Source: Spirochaetia bacterium (GTDB lineage Bacteria; Spirochaetota; Spirochaetia; SZUA-6; Bin103). From it: 64,000 nucleotides of DNA. Numbering within the stretch: the first letter of the stretch is position 1; the number at the start of each line of letters is the position of its first letter. The stretch is taken from NCBI GenBank assembly GCA_965203515.1, contig OZ241907.1, positions 1,920,001 to 1,984,000 of the forward strand. The letters run 5' to 3'. Both the position numbers and the translations under genes were made by a program. Below, piece after piece: positions 1 through 9,879 of the stretch. Under the pieces are notes generated by a model, which ran no database searches, had not been told where the DNA came from, and saw nothing but the letters and a program-made list of their open reading frames with translations.

Positions 1-222
1 GCCATGACCTACGGCTATCTGCTGAGCGGAACCGTGCTGGTCGAGGTGGTGTTCACGTGGCCGGGGTTGGGACTCTATGCGGTCGACGCCATGAACCACT
101 CCGACTACGAGCCGATCATGGGCGTCGTGCTGCTGACCGCCGCCTTCTACCTGTCGATCTACCTCGCCGCCGACGTCATCAACGCGCTCCTCGATCCGCG
201 CGTGCGCAGCCGGGACCATTGA
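1..222 (+). CDS. ABC transporter permease (DppB/OppB family), C-terminal part; starts before window
   Basis: LLSGTVLVEVVFTWPGLG…DY..IMG…LLDPRVR, the typical DppB C-terminus. Confidence 0.9.
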   Translation, partial: AMTYGYLLSGTVLVEVVFTWPGLGLYAVDAMNHSDYEPIMGVVLLTAAFYLSIYLAADVINALLDPRVRSRDH

Positions 223-277
223 ATGCGGCCGGTCCGCCATCCACGTAGACCTCGATCCGCGCGTGCGCATCCGGGAC
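189..277 (+). repeat. 28-bp direct repeat (189-216, 250-277) duplicating the permease 3' end
   Basis: CCTCGATCCGCGCGTGCGCA(G/T)CCGGGAC, one mismatch; second copy reads LDPRVRIRD-stop. Confidence 0.85.
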
Positions 278-282
278 TGAGC

Positions 283-1182
283 ATGGGTGACGCCGCTGTC
301 GCGCCCGCCGCCGACACTCCGGTCGACGCCCCGGTCGACGCTGCGCGGTCGAGCTTCTACCGGCGCCTGGAGCACGCCAACGGCGCGGCCCGGGTGCGTA
401 TCAACCTTGCCGTGCTGTCGCTGCTGATCGCGCTGGGCGTGATCGCTCCGCTGCTGCCCTTGCCGGATCCGGTCGATCCGAATCCGCTCTCCCGGTTCGC
501 GCCGCCGTCGCGGGAGCACTGGTTCGGGACCGACGTCAACGGCATGGACGTCTTCTCTCGCACGATCCACGCGATACGGGTCGACTTTTCGCTGGCGCTC
601 AGCTCGGTGCTGATCGGCATCCTCGCCGGCGTGCCGCTGGGCGCGCTGGCCGGCTACTTCGGCGGCCGTTTCGATACCGTGGTGACGCGGATCACGGAGG
701 TGTTTCAGGGCTTTCCGCAGATCCTGTTCGGCATGGCGGTGCTGGCGGCGGCCGGCAACACGCTGGTGAACCTGGTGCTGATCATTGCGTTCTACAACGT
801 TCCGGTCTACAGCAAGATGGTCCGCAGCGCCGCCGTACCGCTGCGCGAGGCGGACTTCGTACTGGCGGCGCGCGTGTTCGGCAACTCGCCGCTGTCGGTC
901 GTCTTCCGGCACGTCATTCCCAATACGCTGGTGCCGGTCTTCTCGCAGCTTCCGTTGAGCTGCGCCTACGCCGTGCAGATGATCGCCGGGCTGAGCTTCA
1001 TCGGCCTGGGCGTCTCCATCCCGACGCCGGAGTGGGGTTCGATGATCCAGCTCGGCGCCAACCAGCTCGTGTTCGGCAAGTGGTGGGCGTCGGTCTTTCC
1101 CGGCCTGGCGCTGTTCGGCTCGGTCTGGGTGCTCAACAACGTCAGCGACCTGCTCGGTTCGCTGGTGGTCCGGCGGGCGTAG
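283..1182 (+). CDS. ABC transporter permease (DppC/OppC family)
   Basis: HWFGTDVNGMDVFSR, EAA-like loop READFVLAARVFG, PTPEWG; start chosen at ATG 283. Confidence 0.9.
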   Translation: MGDAAVAPAADTPVDAPVDAARSSFYRRLEHANGAARVRINLAVLSLLIALGVIAPLLPLPDPVDPNPLSRFAPPSREHWFGTDVNGMDVFSRTIHAIRVDFSLALSSVLIGILAGVPLGALAGYFGGRFDTVVTRITEVFQGFPQILFGMAVLAAAGNTLVNLVLIIAFYNVPVYSKMVRSAAVPLREADFVLAARVFGNSPLSVVFRHVIPNTLVPVFSQLPLSCAYAVQMIAGLSFIGLGVSIPTPEWGSMIQLGANQLVFGKWWASVFPGLALFGSVWVLNNVSDLLGSLVVRRA

Positions 1183-1201
1183 CCCTCCACGAGCACTGGC
1201 C

Positions 1202-2161
1202 GTGGCGTTGCTGTCGATCCGCGACTTGGCCGTCGACTTCCTGGTCGACCGCCAGACGATCCACGCCCTGCGCGGCGTGACCATGAGCCTGGCGGAGGGC
1301 TCGCGCACGGCCGTGGTCGGCGAGAGCGGCTCGGGCAAGACCGTGACCGCGCTCAGCGTGCTGCGGCTGCTGCCGCCCACCGCACGGGTCACCGCCGGGC
1401 GGATCGACTTTGCCGGCCGGGACCTGACCGCGATCGACGATGCGCGGCTGGGCGAGATCCGCGGCTCGCAGGTAGCGATGATCTTCCAGCACGCCGCGGC
1501 TGCCCTCAACCCGCTGTGGCCGGTAGGTCGCCAGATTGCCGACGTCTATCGCCGTCACCGGGGAGGAACGCGGCGCCAGGCGTGGCAACGGGCGGTCGAG
1601 GTGCTGGCCGCTACCGGGATTCCCGATGCGGCCGCGCGTGCGCGGGACTATCCGCATCAGTTTTCGGGCGGCATGGCGCAGCGGGTGATGATCGCGATGG
1701 CGCTGGTCTGTTCGCCGCGGTTGCTGATCGCCGACGAGCCGACCACCGGGCTCGATCTGACTATTCAGGTGCAGGTGCTCGAGCTGATAGCCGAGGTGGT
1801 CGAGCGGCTCGATGCGACGCTGATGCTCATTTCGCACGACCTGGCGGTCGTCGGAGCGCTCTGCGATCACGTGGTAGTGATGTACGCGGGCGAGGTGATG
1901 GAGAGCGGCACGACCGCGCAGGTGCTGGAAGAGCCGGCCAATCCGTACACGGCAGGGTTGCTGGCGTGCTTCGCCGAGGCCGGCGGCGGCGACATGCCGT
2001 CGATCCCCGGACGTGCCCCGGACATGCGCCGGACGATGGCGGGCTGCGGGTTCGCCGAGCGCTGCGCGCATGCCGAGGAGCGGTGCCGGCGGAACCCGGC
2101 TCCGGTCGTCGAGGTCGCTGCCGGGCATCGGTCCCGGTGTCACTTTGCCGGAGAGCGGTAG
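1202..2161 (+). CDS. ABC transporter ATP-binding protein (DppD/OppD)
   Basis: Walker A GESGSGKT, FSGGMAQR, LLIADEPTT, C-terminal Cys-rich oligo_HPY domain. Confidence 0.93.
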   Translation: MALLSIRDLAVDFLVDRQTIHALRGVTMSLAEGSRTAVVGESGSGKTVTALSVLRLLPPTARVTAGRIDFAGRDLTAIDDARLGEIRGSQVAMIFQHAAAALNPLWPVGRQIADVYRRHRGGTRRQAWQRAVEVLAATGIPDAAARARDYPHQFSGGMAQRVMIAMALVCSPRLLIADEPTTGLDLTIQVQVLELIAEVVERLDATLMLISHDLAVVGALCDHVVVMYAGEVMESGTTAQVLEEPANPYTAGLLACFAEAGGGDMPSIPGRAPDMRRTMAGCGFAERCAHAEERCRRNPAPVVEVAAGHRSRCHFAGER

Positions 2162-2166
2162 GCGGC

Positions 2167-3147
2167 ATGGACGACCGGCCGCTCTTGAGCGTCGAGCATT
2201 CGGTCAAGCGCTACGCGCTCCGGCGGCGCGGTCTGCGCCGATCGCACGTGACCGCCCTGGACGACGTGTCGATCGCCGTGCGGCGAGGCGAGTGCGTGGG
2301 TCTGGTCGGCGAATCGGGCTCCGGCAAATCGACGCTGGGCCGCTGCGTGCTCAACCTCACGCCGCTGGACGCGGGCCGCGTCGTGTTCGGAGGAGACGAG
2401 ATCCAGGCGCTGGGCGAACGCGGCTGGCGGCCGTTGCGGCGGCGGCTGCAAATCGTCTTCCAGAACCCGCTCACCTCCTTCAACCCGATGATGACCATCG
2501 AACAGTCGCTGCAGGACGCGTTGCGTCACACCACCACCCTGGAGGCGGCGGCGCGGCGCAACCGCGCGCGGCTGCTGCTGGAGCAGGTGCAGCTCGATCG
2601 ACGGTTCGCCGCGCTCTACCCCTACGAGCTCTCCGGGGGACAGCTGCAGCGCGCCGCCATCGCGCGGGCGCTGGCGCCGGGTCCTGACTTCCTGTTCCTG
2701 GACGAGCCGACCGCCGCCCTCGACATGTCGGTCAAGGGGCAGATCGTCAACCTGCTGCGCGACCTGCAGCGTCGCCACGAGCGGGCGCTCATCTTCGTGT
2801 CGCACGACCTGCGCGTGGTGCGCTACGTGGCCGATCGCGTCTACGTGATGTATCGGGGGCAAGTCGTGGAGCAGGGCAGCCGCGAGGCGGTGTTCGACCG
2901 GCCGCGGCATCCCTACACGCGCGCCCTGCTGGCCGCCACGCTGATCGGACGCGGCGCCCGCGCAGCCTCGACCGCGCCCGGCGGTGACGGCGAATCGGCC
3001 GGGCGGTCGCCGACGGGGTGCCGGCTGGTCGGCCGGTGTCCGTTCGCCCGCGAGCGCTGCCGTCAAGAGCCGCAGGCGCTGCGCGCCGTCGCGCCGGGCC
3101 ACGAAGTCCGCTGTTGGCGCTCGGAGCACCTGCCCCCGGTCGGGTGA
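2167..3147 (+). CDS. ABC transporter ATP-binding protein (DppF/OppF)
   Basis: GESGSGKS, LSGGQLQR, FLDEPT, HPYT; start ATG 2167 (MDDRPLL). Confidence 0.93.
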   Translation: MDDRPLLSVEHSVKRYALRRRGLRRSHVTALDDVSIAVRRGECVGLVGESGSGKSTLGRCVLNLTPLDAGRVVFGGDEIQALGERGWRPLRRRLQIVFQNPLTSFNPMMTIEQSLQDALRHTTTLEAAARRNRARLLLEQVQLDRRFAALYPYELSGGQLQRAAIARALAPGPDFLFLDEPTAALDMSVKGQIVNLLRDLQRRHERALIFVSHDLRVVRYVADRVYVMYRGQVVEQGSREAVFDRPRHPYTRALLAATLIGRGARAASTAPGGDGESAGRSPTGCRLVGRCPFARERCRQEPQALRAVAPGHEVRCWRSEHLPPVG

Positions 3148-3183
3148 GATGCTCATGCCTGACGAACCCCACCGCGCCCCGGC

Positions 3184-4866
3184 TCACGGCCGGACGGTGA
3201 GGGTCCGGTTCGCGGTCACGCCGCGCAGCACGGTGCGGGCGCCGTCGGGCCAGTCGACGGCCAGTGCATCGACGGTCGCCGCGGCGCCCAGCCCGAAGTG
3301 CGCGGACAGCTCGGAGGCGCCGAAGAAGCCGCCGGCGCCAATCGCGGCGGCCTGCGTGCGGCCGCCGGCGGTGACCGTCACCACGGCGCCCCAGCCGTGC
3401 GGGGCCAGCCCCGAACCGCGCGGCGGCTCCAGGAACACCCGCAGCCAGCCGGCGTCCCCGACGCCGCTCGGGCCCCTGACGCCGCTCGGGCCGCCCGCGC
3501 CGCCCAGGTCGTTGCGGAACAGCGACGGCCGCGCGCCGGCGTTGAAGATGACGATGTCGCGGTCGCCGTCCGCGTCGTAGTCGAGCGTGATCAGCGCCCG
3601 CCCCTGCAGGCGGTGCCGCAACCCGACGCGGGGGGCGTCGACCCGCTCGAACACCGGCACGCCGGCCGCGTCGGCGCCGGTGTTGCGGAACAGGAACGTC
3701 GGCTGTTGCTCCCATTCGTAGAGGCCGATACCGTTCGGTTCGATCCAGCCGGTGGTGGTCACCAGGTCGCGCAACCCGTCATGGTCCAGGTCGACCGCCT
3801 CCACGCCCCAGCCCCAACCGCCGGCGCGCACCTGCGCGGCGCGCGCCGCCTCCCGGAAGCGGTCGCCGCCGACGTTCAGGTAGAGCGCGTTGCCGGTCCC
3901 CGGCGTGCGGTGGATCGGCCAGCGCGTCGATACGCTGGTGACGTACCAGTCCGGGCGGCCGTCGCCGTTCAGGTCGGCCACGGCGCTGCCCATGCCGTTC
4001 GCCTCGCGTCCGGTGCCGGAGGCGAAGGTGAGGTCGGTGAAGGTGCCGTCGCCCTCGTTGCGGTAGTAGCGGCTCGAACCGAAGTCGCCGGCCACGATCA
4101 GCTCCGGGTAGCGGTCGCCGTTCAGGTCGACGAACTGCGCGGCAAAGGCGATCACCCGATCGTCGGCAACGCCGGCGCGGGCGCCCACTTCCGTGAAGCC
4201 GCCGTCGCCGTCGTTGCGGAACAGCACGTTGCCGCGGATGCCGGACGCCCAATTGCCCGCGAACAGGTCGAGGTCGCCGTCCAGGTCGTAGTCCCCGAAC
4301 GCCGCCGCCATGCCGCCGGCGCCGCGGTCGAGCCGGCCGTCCGGGTCGCGGTACGGCGCGCAGCACGTGAAGCCGCCGGCGCCGTTGCCGCGGTACAGCA
4401 ACAGGTGTCCGGGCGGCGGCAGCCCCGGCGGCTCGGGGCCGGCGGACGGAATGAACAGGTCCAGCGCGCCGTCGCCGTCGAAGTCGGCGGCCGCCGCGCC
4501 GTGGGCGCGATGCACGCGCGCCAGACCGGCCGGCCCGGCCCGGTCGATGAAGGTACCGTCGCGCCGGTTGATGAACAGCCGGTCGGGGGCGCCGCCGCCG
4601 GTGGCGTAGAAGATGTCCTGCCACCCGTCGCCGTCGAAGTCGCCGGCCGCGCCGCCGGGAGCGGTGGGCGGTGCGGAGACCGCGCCCGGATGGCCGCGGC
4701 CCAGGCCGGCCGGCACGCCGACCTCTCGAAACTGCATCGGCGGCGCGGCCACCGCGGCCGGCGCCGCGCAGAGCGCGGCCGCCAGCGCGCCGATCGCGAA
4801 ACGGCGGCGGTGGTGCGTCGTGAGCCTCCTTGGGGGAGCGCGCCGCTTGACATCGGCCGCTCGCAC
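3184..4866 (-). CDS. Secreted CRTAC1-like protein: FG-GAP (VCBS) repeats + C-terminal ASPIC/UnbV domain
   Basis: Signal peptide, repeated DFDGDG/DYDLDGDLD/DLNGDG motifs, C-terminal AHFGLG…V.WPDG. Confidence 0.88.
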   Translation of the reverse strand: MRAADVKRRAPPRRLTTHHRRRFAIGALAAALCAAPAAVAAPPMQFREVGVPAGLGRGHPGAVSAPPTAPGGAAGDFDGDGWQDIFYATGGGAPDRLFINRRDGTFIDRAGPAGLARVHRAHGAAAADFDGDGALDLFIPSAGPEPPGLPPPGHLLLYRGNGAGGFTCCAPYRDPDGRLDRGAGGMAAAFGDYDLDGDLDLFAGNWASGIRGNVLFRNDGDGGFTEVGARAGVADDRVIAFAAQFVDLNGDRYPELIVAGDFGSSRYYRNEGDGTFTDLTFASGTGREANGMGSAVADLNGDGRPDWYVTSVSTRWPIHRTPGTGNALYLNVGGDRFREAARAAQVRAGGWGWGVEAVDLDHDGLRDLVTTTGWIEPNGIGLYEWEQQPTFLFRNTGADAAGVPVFERVDAPRVGLRHRLQGRALITLDYDADGDRDIVIFNAGARPSLFRNDLGGAGGPSGVRGPSGVGDAGWLRVFLEPPRGSGLAPHGWGAVVTVTAGGRTQAAAIGAGGFFGASELSAHFGLGAAATVDALAVDWPDGARTVLRGVTANRTLTVRP

Positions 4867-4908
4867 GTCAATCTAACCTGACCCGGCGACGGTTCGCAGG
4901 AGGAGTCG

Positions 4909-5145
4909 ATGGCGACGATCAAGGGGACGATCACCGACCGGACGAGCGGCCAGCCCGCCGCGTGCACGGTCCACGTGCTGTCGTCGGACGGCAGCTTCGT
5001 GCATCCGTACGGGGCGGTACTGAAGGTCGGCCCCGGCACGCCGGCGTTCTATTGCGACGGCGCCTTCGAGGTGAAGGTGCCGACCGGCGGGGTGCGCGTG
5101 CTGGTCGAGCGCGGCACCGAGTACGTGCCGCTGGAGCGGCGGTGA
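4909..5145 (+). pseudogene. 78-aa ORF resembling the N-terminal beta-sandwich of CehA/McbA-type metallohydrolases; probably truncated
   Basis: AGGAGGAG RBS; IKGTITD..SGQP…VERGTEY pattern; stop overlaps next start (GTGA). Confidence 0.5.
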
Positions 5146-6797
5146 CGGCCCGAAAGCCGCGCGGGCGGCTGGCGCGGAACTACCGGCTGACCTGGGTCGA
5201 CGACTCGGGCTTTACCGCCGCGGCGATCAACCCGCCGGTGAGCCCGGCACGGCTGGCGCACCTGATGGTGGGCGGGCTGGCCGGCACCCCGGTCGATGCG
5301 TTCGTGGCTACGGTCGGCCCGTCGGCGGGATACACGTTGTCGTATCCGACCAGGGTGGACGGCATGGAGTTCCTGGTCGATCGCCTGAACGCCGGCGCCG
5401 TGCTGGGAGGCGGCGGGCAGTGGCGCGGCGGGGAGAACCTCCGCCGGCTCTGGGCGGACGGTCACGATCCCGTGCGGATCGTCATGGACGAGGCGCACCG
5501 GCTGGGGATCGACTTTTGGCTGCAGCTGCGCATGAACGACTGGCACCACGTCGACCACCGCGGCAAGGTCTACCGGCTGATCGGCAGCGACTGGTACGAG
5601 AGCCACCCGGAACTGCTGATCGGCACGGACGGGGCGGCCGGCTGGCCCGAGTCGCTGCAGGCGTCGATGGCGTGGTTCCAGGACTTCGCCCACGAGCGGG
5701 TGCGCCGCATCCGCTTCGAGACCGCCCGCGAGGCGATCGAGCGCTACGACGCGGACGGCTGGGAGTACGACTTCATGCGCTGCCCCGGCCTGTTCCGGTA
5801 TGGCGAGGAGCGCCGCAACGCGCACCTGATCACCGATCTGATCCGCGACACGCGGCGCATGCTCGACGAGGTCGGACGCGCGCGCGGCAAGACGCTCGGC
5901 CTGTCGGTGCGCGTCCCCAATACGGTCGCCGGCGCCGCCATGCTCGGCCTGGACGTGGAGGAATGGGTCGCCGATCACCTGATCGACATCGTGGTCCCGT
6001 CGACCTTCTTCGCCCAGGACACCGAAGAGGACATGCGCGAGTGGGTGAAGCTGGCAGCCGGCACGCCGGTGCTGGTCCATCCGGCGATCGAGGAGGGCTT
6101 CCTCACCGGCATGCGTACCGGATACGGCATCCCCTATTTCCAGGTGAAGTCCGACCCGATGCAGGCGATGACGGTCGAGATGATCCGCGCACTGGCCGCC
6201 CGCCACCACGCCGCCGGCGTGGACGGCCTGTACCTGTTCAACTTTCCCGGCACCTGGGGAACCTACCGGTACGACAACAGTCCGGCCCTCGATGACATAG
6301 CCTCGCCGCTGCGGCTGCGGTTCAAGGACAAGCGGTACGCGGTCATGCGCCGCAACGGATCGTTCCCGAACTGCTTTCCGCAGGAGCGGCGGATTCCGGC
6401 CGAGCTGGGGCCGGAGCCGACCGAGGTTCGCATCGAGGTGGCGGACGACCTGGCCGCCGCCGGCGCGCGCGTGCGGGCGGTGCGCCTGAAGCTGCTGCTG
6501 GTCGAGCCGTGTCACGAGGATCGGCTGGAGGTGCGCCTGAACGGAGGCGAGCCGCTGCCGGTCGCCAACCCGATGGCCGCCGGCCGGGCGGCTCCCGGCG
6601 AGCGCGCGTGGGCGGTGTTCGACCTGACCCCGTCACCGCCCCGCCGGGGCGTCAACCGGATCAGCGTGCGGGCGGAACGCCACCCGCGCCTGGCCGCGGA
6701 ACTGCCGCTCGTGCTCAGCGACGTGGAGATCGACGTCTCGTACCGCTACCCGAACGGCCCCTGGCGCCGTCCTCCCGGCTTCGACCCGCGAACGTAG
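5142..6797 (+). CDS. GHL10-like (family 10 glycosyl hydrolase-like) TIM-barrel protein
   Basis: LRMNDWHH, YDFMR, GVDGLYLFN motifs; N-terminus aligns with paralog 11970-13655, supporting GTG 5142. Confidence 0.7.
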   Translation: MTARKPRGRLARNYRLTWVDDSGFTAAAINPPVSPARLAHLMVGGLAGTPVDAFVATVGPSAGYTLSYPTRVDGMEFLVDRLNAGAVLGGGGQWRGGENLRRLWADGHDPVRIVMDEAHRLGIDFWLQLRMNDWHHVDHRGKVYRLIGSDWYESHPELLIGTDGAAGWPESLQASMAWFQDFAHERVRRIRFETAREAIERYDADGWEYDFMRCPGLFRYGEERRNAHLITDLIRDTRRMLDEVGRARGKTLGLSVRVPNTVAGAAMLGLDVEEWVADHLIDIVVPSTFFAQDTEEDMREWVKLAAGTPVLVHPAIEEGFLTGMRTGYGIPYFQVKSDPMQAMTVEMIRALAARHHAAGVDGLYLFNFPGTWGTYRYDNSPALDDIASPLRLRFKDKRYAVMRRNGSFPNCFPQERRIPAELGPEPTEVRIEVADDLAAAGARVRAVRLKLLLVEPCHEDRLEVRLNGGEPLPVANPMAAGRAAPGERAWAVFDLTPSPPRRGVNRISVRAERHPRLAAELPLVLSDVEIDVSYRYPNGPWRRPPGFDPRT

Positions 6798-6868
6798 CGG
6801 CTCGGTACCGCGGGCCGAAGCGGCGCAATCCGCTGGCCGGCTGACCGCTGGGCGGTTGAGCGGATCGG

Positions 6869-7963
6869 CTACGCGTTGCCGAGCAGGTCGTCCTCACCCT
6901 TGAGGCGCAGCTCGCCGGCGAAGTGGCAGGCGGACAGGTGGCCGTCGCCGCCGGCCGGCGCGAGCGGCGGCAGCTCCTCCTCGCAGACCGGTTGCCGGTA
7001 CGGGCAGCGGGTGTGGAACGGGCAGCCGGTCGGCACCTTGGCCACGTCCGGGATGTCGCCTTCCAGGATGATGCGCTTGAGCGGGCGGTGCGGGTTGGGC
7101 TGCGGGATGCCGGAGAAGAGCGCCTCCGTGTAGGGGTGCCTGGGTCTGAGGAAGATATCGCGCCGTTCGCCGATCTCCACGAAGTGTCCGAGGTACATCA
7201 CGGCGACGCGGTCGGTCATGTGTCGGATTACGCTGAGATCGTGCGTGACGAACAGCACGGTCAGGCGCAGGTCGCGCTGCAGGTCCAGCAGCAGGTTGAG
7301 GATCTGCGCCTGCACGGAGACATCCAGGGCGGAGGTCGGCTCGTCGGCCAGCAGGAGCTGGGGATCGAGCGCCAACGCGCGCGCCACGCCGATGCGCTGC
7401 CGCTGGCCGCCGGAGAAGGCGTACGGGTACCGGTTGAGCTGCTCCGGCTTCAGCCCGACCATCCGCATGAGCCGCTTCACCGCGTCGTCGAGCCGGTCGC
7501 CCCTCAGGCCGTCGTTCACCATCAGCGGCTCGCCGATGATGCGGCGCACGGTCATGCGTGGATTGAGCGACGACTCCGGGTCCTGAAAGACGACGCGGAT
7601 GCGGCGCCGCACCGTCTTGAGCGCCTCCCGATCGGCCGCCGCCACGTCGATCGGCGGGGCGTCGTGCGGGCTGAACAGGATATGGCCGCCGGTCGGCTCC
7701 ACGGCGCGCACCAGCAGGCGGAGCACGGTGGTCTTGCCGGAACCGCTCTCGCCGACCAGGCCGAGTGTCTCGCCGCGCCGCACCTGGAAGCTCACGTCGT
7801 CGACGGCGCGGATCCACCCCACGGTGTGCTTGAGGATGCCGCGCTTGATCGGAAAGTACTTCTTGAGGCCGCGCACCGACAGGACGTCGGCCGTACCGGT
7901 CCCGCTCGGGCCGGCGCCGCTCGGGCCGGAGTCGTTTGCGCCGGAGTCGCCGCGTTCAGCCAC
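6869..7963 (-). CDS. ABC transporter ATP-binding protein (OppF/DppF)
   Basis: GESGSGKT, FSGGQRQR, DEPTSALD, HPYT, GCPFHTRC. Confidence 0.93.
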   Translation of the reverse strand: MAERGDSGANDSGPSGAGPSGTGTADVLSVRGLKKYFPIKRGILKHTVGWIRAVDDVSFQVRRGETLGLVGESGSGKTTVLRLLVRAVEPTGGHILFSPHDAPPIDVAAADREALKTVRRRIRVVFQDPESSLNPRMTVRRIIGEPLMVNDGLRGDRLDDAVKRLMRMVGLKPEQLNRYPYAFSGGQRQRIGVARALALDPQLLLADEPTSALDVSVQAQILNLLLDLQRDLRLTVLFVTHDLSVIRHMTDRVAVMYLGHFVEIGERRDIFLRPRHPYTEALFSGIPQPNPHRPLKRIILEGDIPDVAKVPTGCPFHTRCPYRQPVCEEELPPLAPAGGDGHLSACHFAGELRLKGEDDLLGNA

Positions 7964-9074
7964 CGGACGCCTCCCCGGCCGGCTCCGGCACGGCCGGCTC
8001 GACCACCTCGCTCCCCTCGTAGAGGAAGCAGCGCACCGTATGGCCGCCGGCCGTGCGGTAGAGCGGCGGCAGGTTCGCGTCGCAGGTGCCGGCGATGAAC
8101 TCCCGGCACCGGTTGCTGAACGGGCAGCCGCGCGGGCGGCTGTAGGGGTCCGGCACCGTTCCCTCGATCGCCTGCAGGCGGCTCTTCGGCTCCACGCCGA
8201 TGCCGGGGATCGAGTTCAGCAGCGCCCTCGTGTACGGATGCTTGGGCTCGTCGAAGATGGCCGCCACCTCGCCCTGTTCCACCACGGCGCCCAGGTACAT
8301 CACGACCACCTCGTGCGCCAGCTCGGCGATGACCCCCATGTTGTGGGTGATGAAGATCATCGACATGCGGTTGGCGTCGTGCAGCCGGCGCAGCAGATCC
8401 AGCACCTTGGCCTGAATGGTGACGTCGATCGCCGTGGTCGGCTCGTCGGCCATCAGCAGGCGAGGGCTGCCGGCCAACGCCATGGCGACCAGCACGCGCT
8501 GCCGCATGCCGCCCGACAGCTCGAAGATATAGGAATCGATCAGGGTGCGCGGGGAGGGGATGCCGACCTCGGCCAGCAGGTCCGCGCAACGGTCGCGGCC
8601 GGCCTCCCTGGTGAGATCGGGGTCGTACAGGCGGAGCGCCTCGACGATCTGGCTGCCGACCGTGTGCACGGGGCTCAGCGCGCTCATCGGTTCCTGGAAG
8701 ATCATGGCGATCTCCCGGCCGCGGATCGATCGGAACTCCTCGCTCTTCGGGTCGAGGCGCGCCAAGTCCATGACGCCGGAGGCGTCGGCGGCTTCCGTCC
8801 CGGTCGTGACGGTCGTGCCGTGGAAGCGGATGCTGCCGGCGACGATCCGGCCGGGCGGCGGGATGATGCCCAGGATGGAGCGCGCCGCCACCGACTTGCC
8901 GCAGCCGCTCTCTCCGACGATGCCGACGATGCGCTGTTCGGGCACCCGGAACGACAGCCCGTCCACGGCGCGGACCACCCCCAGATTGGTGAAGAACCAC
9001 GTGCGCAGCCCGGAGACGTCCAGGAGCGGCTTTCCAGCCCCGCCGCCGGTGCCGGCTCCTGCCACGTCAGCCAT
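7956..9074 (-). CDS. ABC transporter ATP-binding protein (OppD/DppD)
   Basis: [28 protein letters not shown] 9074. Confidence 0.93.
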   Translation of the reverse strand: MADVAGAGTGGGAGKPLLDVSGLRTWFFTNLGVVRAVDGLSFRVPEQRIVGIVGESGCGKSVAARSILGIIPPPGRIVAGSIRFHGTTVTTGTEAADASGVMDLARLDPKSEEFRSIRGREIAMIFQEPMSALSPVHTVGSQIVEALRLYDPDLTREAGRDRCADLLAEVGIPSPRTLIDSYIFELSGGMRQRVLVAMALAGSPRLLMADEPTTAIDVTIQAKVLDLLRRLHDANRMSMIFITHNMGVIAELAHEVVVMYLGAVVEQGEVAAIFDEPKHPYTRALLNSIPGIGVEPKSRLQAIEGTVPDPYSRPRGCPFSNRCREFIAGTCDANLPPLYRTAGGHTVRCFLYEGSEVVEPAVPEPAGEASGG

Positions 9075-9089
9075 GCGCAATGCGCCGTT

Positions 9090-9536
9090 TCAGGAGAGCG
9101 TGACCGTTCCTGTCCTGCCCTCATAGACCAAGGTGAATTCCTGCAGGAACGTTCGGCCCATGAGCGCATAATGCGGCTGTCCTCCGGCAGTCAGGTGAAC
9201 GCCGGCGAATACGCCGTACATCGTAAAATCCAAGGCCGGGACGTAGATATGGGCAAGATGCATGTCGACCTCGCCACTGCCATGGACTCCAGCCACCTGC
9301 TGTCGATCGACAGTCGGCAGGTTCAACGTGACGGCGAGCGCCGAGTCGACGCAACACTCGGCCGCGCCCGTATCCACCAGCGCGGGAAACTGTTGCCCCG
9401 GTAGACGGGGCCGGGCGCCGGGCCGAAAGTTCGGATCGAAGCCGATCTCCACCGGCAGCGACGGACCGAACAAGGCCAACGCATCCCGTCCTGACTGCCC
9501 CGGACGGTCAGGGAAGCCGCAATCAACCGCCGGCAT
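9090..9536 (-). CDS. Retropepsin-like (clan AA) aspartyl protease
   Basis: ALVDTGA catalytic motif and C-terminal LMGRTFL (xxGRxxL) motif; single domain, 148 aa. Confidence 0.85.
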   Translation of the reverse strand: MPAVDCGFPDRPGQSGRDALALFGPSLPVEIGFDPNFRPGARPRLPGQQFPALVDTGAAECCVDSALAVTLNLPTVDRQQVAGVHGSGEVDMHLAHIYVPALDFTMYGVFAGVHLTAGGQPHYALMGRTFLQEFTLVYEGRTGTVTLS

Positions 9537-9771
9537 GGACCGGTCGATACTTCACCGAAGCAGGTAGTACCAGCGGCGGCGCACCGATCCGTCTGATCAA
9601 ATACGGCCCCCTGCCGAAGCGCTGTACCGCGTCATCGGCTGCCTTCTCGAGTGATTCGTACGTGCCGACGAGCTTTTCGTCGCGCACCACGACCCACTCG
9701 CCGAGGTGGTCGACTTCCAGGTCGTTGCGCATGCGCTCGTAGGCTGCGATCTCATTACTCAAAGTGGCCAT
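9523..9771 (-). CDS. Small DUF5678-like protein
   Basis: AYERMRNDLEVDHLGEWVVVRDEKLVGTYES pattern; RBS AGGAGGG upstream; overlaps protease start. Confidence 0.7.
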   Translation of the reverse strand: MATLSNEIAAYERMRNDLEVDHLGEWVVVRDEKLVGTYESLEKAADDAVQRFGRGPYLIRRIGAPPLVLPASVKYRPVHAGG

Positions 9772-9879
9772 GGTTCTGTGTCCCTCCTGCTCAGGGGAGT
9801 CGGGCCGGGGCGATTCCTCGGGAGAACGAGAGAGCATATGGTAATCGGTTCCCGATCCCGCGCCAAGTCACGTCCACCG

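Noticed and set aside
3460..3494. Short duplications encoding GPSG (also 7901-7930)
   Set aside because: Two-copy in-frame slippage in low-complexity linkers; no sign of function.
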